Of a stretch of 64,000 nt of DNA, positions 1-8,903 are shown in pieces. A program made the translations under genes and the position numbers. How positions within the stretch are numbered: position 1 is the stretch's first letter; each line of letters begins with the position of its first letter. Source of the DNA: a bacterium (lineage in GTDB: Bacteria; Bacillota; Clostridia; Lachnospirales; Lachnospiraceae); NCBI GenBank assembly GCA_023664305.1, contig JAMPFT010000012.1:350-64349 (forward strand), given 5' to 3'. The notes below the pieces were generated by a model. The model ran no database searches, was not told the origin of the DNA, and was given only the letters and a program-made list of their open reading frames with translations.

Positions 1-699
1 GTGAAGATGACAAACTGCAGCCTGTTCGACATGGCGAGGGCGGGGATCTGGTATGTGGACAATATTTCCGTGACCGACACGGTCATCGAAGCGCCGAAGA
101 ATTTCCGGCGCGCCAGAGGGATCGTCCTGAAGAACGTGAATATGCCGAATGCGGCGGAAACCCTTTGGAACTGTGAGGATATCGAGATGGATCAGGTAAC
201 CGCCAAGGGGGATTATTTTGCCATGAACAGCAAAAACATCCGGGCGGAGCATTTTACGCTGGTAGGAAATTACAGCTTTGACGGAGGCCGGAATATCGAG
301 ATTCACGATTCGCGTCTGCTGTCGAAGGATGCGTTCTGGAACGCGGAGAACATCACGGTATACGATTCCTTCATCTCGGGAGAATATCTGGGATGGAACT
401 CTAAAAATATCACCCTGATCAACTGCACGATTGAGAGTCTGCAGGGGATGTGCTACATTGACAATCTGATCATGAAAAACTGTCATCTGATCAATACGAC
501 GCTGGCCTTTGAGTATTCGCAGGCAGATGTAGAGATTGTCGGGCAGGTAGACAGCGTCTTTAATCCGAAGGGCGGAATCATCCGGGCGGACAGGATCGGA
601 GAGCTGATTATGGACGGGCGCAGGGTGAAGATCGACCAGACCAAAATCGAGGCGGCAGAGATCGGAAAGCGGTCCGACAGGGCAGCCTGGGAGGCGTAA
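1..699 (+). CDS. DUF3737 family protein (beta-helix-like repeats), 5' truncated by window edge
   Basis: Repetitive W/Y-x-x-x-N-I/V-x-I/L pattern (ETLWNCEDIEM, DAFWNAENITV, EYLGWNSKNITL); family typically adjacent to malY/patB. Confidence 0.75.
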   Translation: MKMTNCSLFDMARAGIWYVDNISVTDTVIEAPKNFRRARGIVLKNVNMPNAAETLWNCEDIEMDQVTAKGDYFAMNSKNIRAEHFTLVGNYSFDGGRNIEIHDSRLLSKDAFWNAENITVYDSFISGEYLGWNSKNITLINCTIESLQGMCYIDNLIMKNCHLINTTLAFEYSQADVEIVGQVDSVFNPKGGIIRADRIGELIMDGRRVKIDQTKIEAAEIGKRSDRAAWEA

Positions 700-837
700 G
701 CGGAGCGCCCGGGGCTGTTTGGAACCCGGTGCCGCCAGGGCCGAGGCAGCGATCCGAACAGGGGCACCTGCGGTTGTTTGGAACCCGGAAAAGAGTCGCA
801 GATGCAGCGCATCTTCCGGGCAGACGGAGGAAGAGGA

Positions 838-2046
838 ATGTATGATTTTGACAAACTGACGCAGAGGCGCGGAAGCGGTTCTTTGAAGTGGGATGTGCCG
901 GAGAGCGAGCTGCCCATGTGGGTGGCGGATATGGATTTCGAGACGGCGCCTGAGATCAGGGAGGCTGTCGAGAGACGGGCGGCGCATGGGATATTCGGGT
1001 ATCATGTGGTGACGCCGGAGTGGTACGCGGCCTATCAGAGCTGGTGGAGCCGCAGACATCATGTGACGTTTGAAAAGGATTGGCTGATTTTCTGTACGGG
1101 CGTGGTGCCCGCGATTTCCAGCGCGGTGCGGAAGCTGACCACCGTGGGGGAAAACGTGCTGATCCAGACGCCGGTGTACAATATCTTTTTTAACTCGATC
1201 CGAAACAACGGGCGGAATGTGCTGGAGAGTCCGCTCCGCTATGAAAACGGAGAATATTCGGTTGACTTTGAGGATCTGGAGAGGAAGCTGTCCGATCCGC
1301 AGACGACGATGATGCTTTTGTGTAATCCGCACAATCCGGTGGGGAAAATCTGGGAAAGGGAGACGCTGGCAAGGATCGGGGAGCTTTGCGCAAAGCATCA
1401 TGTGGTTGTGATTTCGGATGAGATTCACTGCGACCTAACGGATCCGGGGTATGAATATGTGCCTTTTGCGTCGGTCTCCGAGATCTGCCGCAATAACAGT
1501 GTGACCTGTATCGCGCCCACGAAGGCGTTCAGTATTCCGGGGATCCAGACGGCGGCCGTCGCCGTGCCGGACCCTGTGCTCCGCCATAAAATGAACCGGG
1601 GGCTGAATACGGACGAGGTGGCGGAGCCAAACTGTTTTGCGGTGGACGCGGCGGTGGCGGCCTTTGAAAAGGGAGAGGCCTGGCTGGAGGAGGCAAGGCA
1701 GTATCTGGCGGACAATAAGCAGTATGTGAGAGATTTTATCCAAAGCAGGCTGCCGCAGATTCGGGTGGTTCCCTCCCGTGCCACCTATCTTTTGTGGCTG
1801 GACTGCAGCGCGCTGACGGAGGACGCCGCCCTGTTGACGGAGTTTATCCGGCGGCACACCGGTCTGTACCTGACCGAGGGTGAGGAGTACGGAGCCCCCG
1901 GGAAGTGGTTTATCCGTCTGAATGCCGCCTGCGCCAGGGCACGGCTGCAGGAGGGGATGGAGCGGCTGCGGGTCGGCGTGGAGAAGTGGCGCGAGGAGAA
2001 AGAACCAGACGGAGAAGATGTAGGTTGGAGCAGGGACATGCTGTGA
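838..2046 (+). CDS. malY: MalY/PatB family PLP-dependent cystathionine beta-lyase/aminotransferase
   Basis: LPMWVADMDF, LCNPHNPVG, SDEIH, APTKAF (PLP lysine), ATYLLWLD motifs; start moved to ATG 838 after GGAAGAGGA. Confidence 0.9.
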   Translation: MYDFDKLTQRRGSGSLKWDVPESELPMWVADMDFETAPEIREAVERRAAHGIFGYHVVTPEWYAAYQSWWSRRHHVTFEKDWLIFCTGVVPAISSAVRKLTTVGENVLIQTPVYNIFFNSIRNNGRNVLESPLRYENGEYSVDFEDLERKLSDPQTTMMLLCNPHNPVGKIWERETLARIGELCAKHHVVVISDEIHCDLTDPGYEYVPFASVSEICRNNSVTCIAPTKAFSIPGIQTAAVAVPDPVLRHKMNRGLNTDEVAEPNCFAVDAAVAAFEKGEAWLEEARQYLADNKQYVRDFIQSRLPQIRVVPSRATYLLWLDCSALTEDAALLTEFIRRHTGLYLTEGEEYGAPGKWFIRLNAACARARLQEGMERLRVGVEKWREEKEPDGEDVGWSRDML

Positions 2047-2168
2047 GGAGAGGCAGGAGCACAGAGAAGTGGCGCGAGGAGAAAGGACCGGGAGAAGCTG
2101 CAGGCTGGAGCAGGGATGTGCTGTGAGGAGAGGCAGGAGCAGAGAAGTGGCGCGAAAAGAAGGAACCG
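1981..2168 (+). repeat. ~80-bp tandem repeat, about 2.3 copies, spanning the malY stop codon
   Basis: gagaagtggcgcga at 1981, 2064, 2142; ctgtgaggagaggcaggagc at 2041 and 2121. Confidence 0.9.
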
Positions 2169-2239
2169 CGCTCCGGCGGCCCGGGAGCTTTCAAATGTGA
2201 ATGAAACCTTTACGAAAAGCCGTGAGGAACTCCGGAGGC

Positions 2240-5200
2240 TTAGGAGCCGTCCGGGGCGTAAAGAGCTTTTAGGCGCTTCAGATAGCGGTAGCGTTCCTTT
2301 GCATGGCGCGCGGCCTCCTGAAACAGCCGCTGCGCCTGCTCGGGACGGTACTGGCGCAGGGAGTCGTAGCGAACCTCCCCGTCCAGGAAATCCTGATACT
2401 CAAGCGTGGGTTCCTTACTGTCGAGAATAAAAGGATTTTTTCCCTGCTTTTTTAAAAGCGGATTGAAGCGGAACAGATGAAAGTATCCGGCGTCAACCGC
2501 TTTTTTCATTTCATGGGCGGAGGAGCCCAGTCCTGCCCTGACGCCGTGGGCGATACAGGTGGCGTAGGCGATGACCAGCGAAGGGCCGTCGTAGGCGGCG
2601 GCCTCCGAGAGAGCTTTGACGGTCTGGTTATAGTCCGCGCCGAAGGCGATCTGCGCCACATAGACGTTGCCGTAGGTCATTGCCATGGAGGCAAGATCCT
2701 TTTTGCGGCTCTCCTTGCCGCCGGTGAGGAATTTGGCGGTGGAGCCCATGGGGGTAGCCTTGGACACCTGGCCGCCCGTGTTGGAATAAACCTCTGTGTC
2801 GAGAACCAACAGATTGATGTTTTTCCCGGTGGAGAGCACATGATCCAGTCCCCCGAAGCCGATGTCGTAGCCCCAGCCGTCGCCGCCGATGACCCAGTAA
2901 GTCATCGGGGAGCGGAGGGCTTCTCCGGCCAGCAGCATCCCCAGACCGAACTCGGCGGCGTCCTCAAAAAGGGAATTGGACCAGGCGGGACCATGGCCCT
3001 TCCCGTCCAGACAGTATGCGCAGGAGGGGGAGGAATTGGCCCAGATGGAGCTGCAGCCCGTGGCGTTTGCGATATACATATGAGGACCGAACAGTTGAGT
3101 CAACAGTTTGACATAGGGCGTTTCCCCGCAGCCCGCGCATGCGCCGGAAAATTCCAGATAGGGGCGGAGAAACTGGCTTCCCTTGACGGTGGACGGGCCG
3201 AAGCGCTGCGCCGCCTCCCGGTTTGGCAGGAGGGGCTTTGCAAAGTCAAAGCATTGCTGGGCGGCGGTGTCATGCGTGATTCCGGCGGCAGGCGTATTCC
3301 CTTGCGCCGGTCTCATTATGAGCGCCTTTTTTCCCTGTCTGCCGGGACAGTTGGCGGCGCAGGAGCCGCATCCCGTGCAGTCCGTCGGAGAGATGACGAT
3401 GGAGAAAAAGCGGTTGTCCAGTCCGGTCATGGGAAGACTTTTCATGCCATCGGGAGCGAGGGCGAGCTGTTCCGGATCCGTGACGGCGGGGCGGATCACG
3501 GCGTGGGGGCAGACAAAGGAGCAGCGGTTGCACTGAATACAGTTTTCCGGAATCCACTCCGGCAGCTCCGTGGCCACATTCCGCCGTTCGTGGGCGCAGC
3601 TCCCCGGCGGAGTATAACCGTCCGCGTAGGGGAGAAAGGCGGAGACAGGCAGCCGGTCGCCGCGCCGGTCGGTGACGGGCTGTTGGATTTTGCGGACATA
3701 ATTTAGCAGCTCGGGGCGGTCCGGCAGAGGGGTGTTATCCAGGGAATCGCGCAGAGGCGCCTTGCTATCCTGCGGAAGGCTTTGGCCGCGAGGGAAAGAA
3801 TGTGAGGTGCTCTCTGAAATGCTTTGAAAATTTTCCCTGTCCGGGAGAAAACAGGCCGTGTCCTGCGAAGGATTTCCCCGGGACAGGCCGACCGGAAGCT
3901 CCTGCACCTCCGAAAATCCGCGCTCGATGGCTTCTTCATTCATGCGGATTATTTTTTCGCCGTTTTTGCCATAGCTTTTTCGGGCGGCTGCCTTCATCAG
4001 CTCCTGTACCTGATCTGCGGGGAGAAGCCCGGATACCGCGAAGAACGCCGCCTGGAGGACGGTGCTGATTTTATTGTTCAGGCCGGTTTCCTTGCCGATC
4101 TTTAAGGCGTCGATCACAAAGAAGCGGATGTGATGAGACGCCGCATAGTTTAAGGCTGCCGCGGGCAGATAGTCTTCGGCGTTATCGCCGCGGTAAGGGC
4201 TGTTCAGAAGAAAGGTGCCGTTGTCCTTCAATTCCTGCACCATCTCATATTTGTGGAGATAAACCGGATTGTGACAGGCGACCAAGTCTGCACGGTAAAT
4301 CAGGTAGGCGCTGCGGATCGGGCTTTTTCCGAAACGCAGGTGGGAGACGGTCAGCCCTCTGGATTTTTTGGAATCGTACTCAAAATATCCCTGTGTGTTC
4401 AGGTCGGTCTGTGTACCGATGATTTTGAGGGCGTTTTTCGTGGCGCTGACGGTGCCGTCGCCGCCCAGTCCCCAGAATTTGCACGCGACGATGTCTTCCG
4501 GAGCGGTCTGAACCGGTTCCGTCTCAGGCAGGGACAGACAGGTGACGTCGTCGGTGATTCCCAGGGTGAAGAAAGGCTTCTCACAGTTTTCGTAAACCGC
4601 GGCGATCTGGGCGGGGGTGGTATCCTTGGAGCCGAGACCGTACCGCCCGGAGAAGACCTGTACCGCCGGAAGCGAGGGTCGGCCGGGCTGATCCTGCGCC
4701 TTAATCCAATCTGCGGACTGGGGCAGCCCGTCCCGGGATTTGTCCTGCGCTTTGCTCCGATCTGCGGACTGGGGCAGTCCGTTCCGGGATTTGTCCTGTG
4801 CCTTGGTCCGGTCTGTGGACTGGGACAGCCCGGCCTGAGATTTGTCCTGTGCTTTGCTCCGAGCTGCGGATTGGGGCAGCCAGTCCCGGGATTTGTCCTG
4901 CGCTTTGCTCCGGTCTGCGGACTGCGGCAGTTCGTCCCGGGATTTGTCCTGTGCCTCGATCTGATCTGCGGGATGCGGCTGCAGCAATCCTCCCTGTCCC
5001 AGAGCGGACACCACGTCCAGATAAAGCGGCTCTCCGGGCGCGCCCGGCTCCCCGGTGCGGTCCAGCACGGTAATCGTACGCACAGAGCCGGGAAGCTTTT
5101 TTAGAAAGTGTTTTACGCTGAAAGGGCGGTACAGATGAACGGCCAGAAGACCGTATTTTTTGTCCTGCGCGTATGCCAGATATTCGCGGACGGTCTCGCA

Positions 5201-6043
5201 GACGCTGCCCATGGCTACAATGACATGTTCGGCGTCCGGCGCGCCGCAGTAATCGAAAAGGCCGTATTGTGTGCCGGACAGAGCGTTGATCCGGTCAAGC
5301 GTTTCCTCCACGATTCCGGGGAGCCGGAGATAGACGGGGTTGGAGGCTTCCCGGTTCTGGAAGAAAATGTCGGGATTTTGCGCGGAGCCGTAGACTCTGC
5401 CGTGGTGGGGATGGAGAGAGCGGCGGCGGAAGGCCTCCAGCGCCTCAGGATCCAGGAGAGAGCGGAGGCTTTCGTCGTCCCATACCTGTATTTTCTGCAG
5501 TTCGTGGGAGGTGCGGAAGCCGTCAAAGAAGCTGAGAAAGGGAACGCTGCCCTTCAGGGCGGCCAGATGGGAGACCGGCGACAGATCCATTACCTCCTGC
5601 ACGCTTCCGCAGGCAAAGATGGCGGCCCCTGTCTGGCGGCAGGCGTAGATATCGGAATGATCGCCGAAGATGGAAAGCGCGTGAGTCGCCACTGCCCGCG
5701 CCGCCACATGGATGACGCAGGGCAGCAGCTCTCCCGCCATCCGGTAGAGGTTGGGTATCATAAGCAGCAGGCCCTGAGAGGAAGTAAAGGTTACGGCCAG
5801 CGCGCCGGACAGCGCCGCGCCGTGTATTGTGCCGGCCGCGCCTGCCTCGGACTGCATCTGGATGACCTTCATGGGCCTGCCGTACAGATTTTCCTTTCCT
5901 TCAGCTGCCCACTGCCCGCACAGCTCCGCCATGGGGGAGGACGGGGTGATCGGATAGATGGCCGCGGCCTCGCTGAAGGCGTAGGCGATATGTGCGGCGG
6001 CAGCGTTGCCGTCCATGATTTGGGTAATGCGTTTTTTCTGCAT
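2240..6043 (-). CDS. nifJ: pyruvate:ferredoxin (flavodoxin) oxidoreductase
   Basis: YPITPSSPM, SEAGAAG, DGFRTSHE, FWGLGGDGTV, two CxxCxxCxxxCP motifs, GACAGCGETPY, GGDGWGYDIG; ATG 6043 with GGAGG RBS. Confidence 0.95.
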   Translation of the reverse strand: MQKKRITQIMDGNAAAAHIAYAFSEAAAIYPITPSSPMAELCGQWAAEGKENLYGRPMKVIQMQSEAGAAGTIHGAALSGALAVTFTSSQGLLLMIPNLYRMAGELLPCVIHVAARAVATHALSIFGDHSDIYACRQTGAAIFACGSVQEVMDLSPVSHLAALKGSVPFLSFFDGFRTSHELQKIQVWDDESLRSLLDPEALEAFRRRSLHPHHGRVYGSAQNPDIFFQNREASNPVYLRLPGIVEETLDRINALSGTQYGLFDYCGAPDAEHVIVAMGSVCETVREYLAYAQDKKYGLLAVHLYRPFSVKHFLKKLPGSVRTITVLDRTGEPGAPGEPLYLDVVSALGQGGLLQPHPADQIEAQDKSRDELPQSADRSKAQDKSRDWLPQSAARSKAQDKSQAGLSQSTDRTKAQDKSRNGLPQSADRSKAQDKSRDGLPQSADWIKAQDQPGRPSLPAVQVFSGRYGLGSKDTTPAQIAAVYENCEKPFFTLGITDDVTCLSLPETEPVQTAPEDIVACKFWGLGGDGTVSATKNALKIIGTQTDLNTQGYFEYDSKKSRGLTVSHLRFGKSPIRSAYLIYRADLVACHNPVYLHKYEMVQELKDNGTFLLNSPYRGDNAEDYLPAAALNYAASHHIRFFVIDALKIGKETGLNNKISTVLQAAFFAVSGLLPADQVQELMKAAARKSYGKNGEKIIRMNEEAIERGFSEVQELPVGLSRGNPSQDTACFLPDRENFQSISESTSHSFPRGQSLPQDSKAPLRDSLDNTPLPDRPELLNYVRKIQQPVTDRRGDRLPVSAFLPYADGYTPPGSCAHERRNVATELPEWIPENCIQCNRCSFVCPHAVIRPAVTDPEQLALAPDGMKSLPMTGLDNRFFSIVISPTDCTGCGSCAANCPGRQGKKALIMRPAQGNTPAAGITHDTAAQQCFDFAKPLLPNREAAQRFGPSTVKGSQFLRPYLEFSGACAGCGETPYVKLLTQLFGPHMYIANATGCSSIWANSSPSCAYCLDGKGHGPAWSNSLFEDAAEFGLGMLLAGEALRSPMTYWVIGGDGWGYDIGFGGLDHVLSTGKNINLLVLDTEVYSNTGGQVSKATPMGSTAKFLTGGKESRKKDLASMAMTYGNVYVAQIAFGADYNQTVKALSEAAAYDGPSLVIAYATCIAHGVRAGLGSSAHEMKKAVDAGYFHLFRFNPLLKKQGKNPFILDSKEPTLEYQDFLDGEVRYDSLRQYRPEQAQRLFQEAARHAKERYRYLKRLKALYAPDGS
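4692..4970 (-). repeat. 51-bp (17-aa) in-frame tandem repeat, ~5.5 copies, inside nifJ
   Basis: Units start 4692, 4743, 4794, 4845, 4896; encode PQSADRSKAQDKSRDxL variants. Confidence 0.95.
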
Positions 6044-6112
6044 AAAAACACCTCCGGGGTCAAACAAGTATTGAATACCAGTTTTCCGCGGAGGGGCTTT
6101 TTTTATACGAGC

Positions 6113-6266
6113 ATTACATCATCTTAACTCGCAAACCTGCGCTTTCAGCGCTTTATCGCCTGCTTCGCAGGCTGTTTGCTCACTATATGACATAGGGAAA
6201 TCTTTGATTTCCCTGAAAAATCAAATGTCTGCTTCGCAGCCGCTTGATTTTCCTCTGCGTTCATTA
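6113..6266 (-). repeat. dispersed intergenic repeat element (long form); short form at 41867-41950
   Basis: Ends match 41867-41950; internal 11-bp direct repeat ctgcttcgcag at 6160 and 6229; palindrome agggaaatc-ttt-gatttccct. Confidence 0.85.
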
Positions 6267-7181
6267 TTTCAGGAAACCGTTGACAATCTGCGCCTCGGCC
6301 TCCTCCTCGGTGAGTCCCAGGGTCATGAGCTTCGTGATCTGCTCGCCTGCGATCTTGCCGATGGCGGCCTCGTGGATCAGCTCCGCGTCCAGATCGTTGG
6401 CGGTGATTTCCGGGATGGCGCTGATTTTGGCGCGGTCCATGATAATCCCGTCGCATTCGGAGTGGCCCGCGCAGCGGTTATTGCCGTTGATGCGGGATAA
6501 AAACAGCTGGGTGGAATCGTCCCTTGCCACAGAGCGGGAGATAATGTTTGCGCTGGAGCCTGCGCCGTCCAGGTCTACCTGGAAGGAGGTCTCCGCTCGC
6601 TGGGAGCCGTGGGTCATGAGCTTTTCCGTCACGATGATTTTGGCGCCGTCCGCAAGCTTTGCCCGGGTGGAGCGTTTGGTGGAATCGACGCCCCTGATCT
6701 GGACGGTTTCCATCTCCAGAAAGCTGTTTTCCCCCAGCTCTACGACGGTCTGAGGGTTCATGATCCGGCTGCCCTTGCCGTCTCCGCTGCCGTAATGCTT
6801 TTCCACATATCTGACATGAGAGTTTCTGCCTATGTAGAAGGTATGGATCCCGTCGTGCCTGCTGTCCGCGTCTCCGCCGTTGTGGATGCCGCAGCCCGCG
6901 ACGATGGTGACATCACAGTCGTCGCCCACATAAAAATCGTTATAGACCATTTCGGTCAATCCGCTCTGGCTTAAGACCACCGGGATGTGTACGCTTTCCT
7001 TTTTTGTGCCGGGCTTTATGACGATGTCGATGCCCTGCCTGTCGTTCTTTGTGACAATGTCGATGTGAGCGGTGGTGGAGCGGTCCACACTCTGACCGTT
7101 GGCGCGGATGTTATAGGCTCCGGCAGGCATTTCATGCAGGCCCGCCACCTGCTCCAGCAGATTTTTCTGTATTGCGTCCAT
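6264..7181 (-). CDS. SufB/SufD family Fe-S cluster assembly protein
   Basis: IVAGCGIHN, SRSVARD, GHSECDGIIMD, ELIHEAAIGKIAGEQITKLMTLGL; start MDAIQK at 7181 with GGAG RBS. Confidence 0.85.
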   Translation of the reverse strand: MDAIQKNLLEQVAGLHEMPAGAYNIRANGQSVDRSTTAHIDIVTKNDRQGIDIVIKPGTKKESVHIPVVLSQSGLTEMVYNDFYVGDDCDVTIVAGCGIHNGGDADSRHDGIHTFYIGRNSHVRYVEKHYGSGDGKGSRIMNPQTVVELGENSFLEMETVQIRGVDSTKRSTRAKLADGAKIIVTEKLMTHGSQRAETSFQVDLDGAGSSANIISRSVARDDSTQLFLSRINGNNRCAGHSECDGIIMDRAKISAIPEITANDLDAELIHEAAIGKIAGEQITKLMTLGLTEEEAEAQIVNGFLK

Positions 7182-7305
7182 AGGAATCTCCGTTCTGCCG
7201 CCTTCATAGGACGGCCTGAAAGTATGAAAGTAACCTTTCATGCTATTGAATTTGAGCCTGCCACCGGCAGGCATGGGTATCAGTGTGTAAAAAATTCCAG
7301 GCGGC

Positions 7306-7376
7306 CAAGAGGGTGCGTAGCACACCTCGCAAGAGGGGGTGTAGCCCACCTCGCAAGAGGGGGTGTAGCCCACCTC
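7306..7376. repeat. 24-bp tandem repeat (2 full copies plus flanking partials)
   Basis: cacctcgcaagagggggtgtagcc at 7323 and 7347, cacctc at 7371, degenerate copy at 7306. Confidence 0.9.
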
Positions 7377-7548
7377 TTTAGTACGCCCGCCAGGAATTTC
7401 CAAGTTACACAAGTTGCTAAAGCGATTCTTCTCGGAATCGATAGATTCCGTAGAACCGAATGGTTCCGTGGGATTGTCGGGTCAAAACGGTCGGCATTCT
7501 TCCGGAAGGGCAGAACCCTCTGCCTGAAAAACGCGGATATTCCGTATA

Positions 7549-8274
7549 TCAGGACTGCCGGTAATAGCGGCAGCCCTCCGTGCCCTTTAAAAGCTCGGGA
7601 AGAATATCCTCCTTGCGCCCCTTCGCCTGGACGCTTCCGTCCGCGATTACAACGATCTCGTCCGCGATATTGAGGATGCGTTCCTGATGGGAGATGATGA
7701 TCAGGGAATTTTCGCCGGATTCATGCATTTCCTCAAATACTCTGATCAGATTGTTGAAGCTCCAGAGATCGATTCCCGCTTCCGGCTCGTCAAAGACGGA
7801 CAGGGGAGTATTCCGGGCTATCACCGTGGCGATTTCGATTCTTTTCAGCTCTCCGCCGGACAGGCTCGCGTCCACGTCCCGGTTGATATAGTCTCTGGCG
7901 CACAGACCTACTTTGGAGAGATAATCGCAGACATTGGGCAGCTTTACCTGGCTGCCGGCCGCCAGCGTGATCAGATCCTTCACCTTGATCCCCTTGAAGC
8001 GGACCGGCTGCTGGAAGGCGAAGCTGATACCGGCTGCGGCCCGTTCGGTGATATTTTTATCCGTGATGTCTGTTCCGTTGAACAGTATTTTTCCCGCTGT
8101 GGGCCGCTCAATCCCCATGATCAGCTTTGCCAGCGTAGACTTGCCTCCTCCGTTGGGACCGGTGATGGCGATAAAGGTGTGATCTTCAAAGGTAAGATTC
8201 AGATCCCGGATGATCTCCTTTGAACCCTTGGAATCATCTGATACCTGAAAGGAGAGGTTCTGTAGTTCAAGCAT
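7549..8274 (-). CDS. ABC ATP-binding protein, SufC-like
   Basis: GPNGGGKS, LSGGELKR, VFDEPEAGIDL, IIISHQER; upstream of SufBD-like gene. Confidence 0.85.
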   Translation of the reverse strand: MLELQNLSFQVSDDSKGSKEIIRDLNLTFEDHTFIAITGPNGGGKSTLAKLIMGIERPTAGKILFNGTDITDKNITERAAAGISFAFQQPVRFKGIKVKDLITLAAGSQVKLPNVCDYLSKVGLCARDYINRDVDASLSGGELKRIEIATVIARNTPLSVFDEPEAGIDLWSFNNLIRVFEEMHESGENSLIIISHQERILNIADEIVVIADGSVQAKGRKEDILPELLKGTEGCRYYRQS

Positions 8275-8559
8275 AGGTTTCCTCCTGAAGCTGCCATGCT
8301 AAAAAGGCAGATAATATGTAGGTTTCCGGAGAAGGATGCAAGTATCCTTCTAAGCGTCACAAAAAGACGCTTTCTACAGTATAACATAAAATGAGCAAAA
8401 TCCATACTCATTTTCGCCGGGTTTGCAAAATTTTCCGAAGCTTTTCCGCCGAAAAATTTTCCAAAAGCCGAAGTGAAAAGTTAACTTCCACTTCTAAGGC
8501 CCCCGACAGAAAAGTTGCAGTTACTGTTACAGCGAATTTTCCAAAATTAAAAAAATGGC

Positions 8560-8588
8560 TTGACTTTTTAAGAAAAAACGGGTATCAT
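8560..8588 (+). promoter_or_regulatory. SigA promoter of tRNA-Arg
   Basis: TTGACT-17bp-TATCAT. Confidence 0.8.
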
Positions 8589-8625
8589 ATTTTGTGTTGC
8601 AGGAAATGCTGTGACAAGACAGGAT

Positions 8626-8699
8626 GTGTGTTTAGCTCAGCTGGATAGAGCGTTTGGCTACGGACCAAAAGGTCGGGGGTTCGAATCCTCTAACACACG
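8626..8699 (+). tRNA. tRNA-Arg(ACG)
   Basis: Acceptor gtgtgtt/aacacac, anticodon arm ttggctACGgaccaa, TTCGAAT T-loop. Confidence 0.97.
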
Positions 8700-8830
8700 T
8701 TGCGTTTAGGACGGCGGGAAGCCTTTAAGGTAGGCATTCCCGCCATTTCTTTTGTCTCTTTTCTTCATGGCTTTTACAAACGGACGGCAGAGGAAAAACT
8801 GTAACTTTGCTATGGCAGTCAGTTTGCGAA
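8695..8830 (+). repeat. direct repeat copy 1 (tRNA 3' end, terminator and downstream sequence)
   Basis: Near-identical to 9838-9974; period 1143 bp. Confidence 0.92.
8713..8760 (+). terminator. intrinsic terminator after tRNA-Arg
   Basis: ggcgggaa...ttcccgcc stem followed by atttcttttgtctctttt. Confidence 0.75.
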
Positions 8831-8903
8831 ATTTAAGATAGGTATGGTAAAACGACAGAAAAAATGATATACTGAGTGTGGAGAGGCAGGAAAGGAAGTG
8901 TTT

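Noticed and set aside
700-790. 14-bp direct repeat tgtttggaacccgg (715 and 775) between DUF3737 and malY
   Set aside because: Only two copies with no associated structure; probably another local duplication
2477-6127. Long plus-strand ORFs (2477-3706, 4253-5104, 5108-6127) opposite nifJ
   Set aside because: Shadow frames of a GC-rich gene; no family motifs or RBS
7182-7412. N-terminal extension of the SufBD-like protein containing EVGYTPSC repeats
   Set aside because: A good RBS and family-like start exist at 7181; the extension is just read-through of the intergenic repeat
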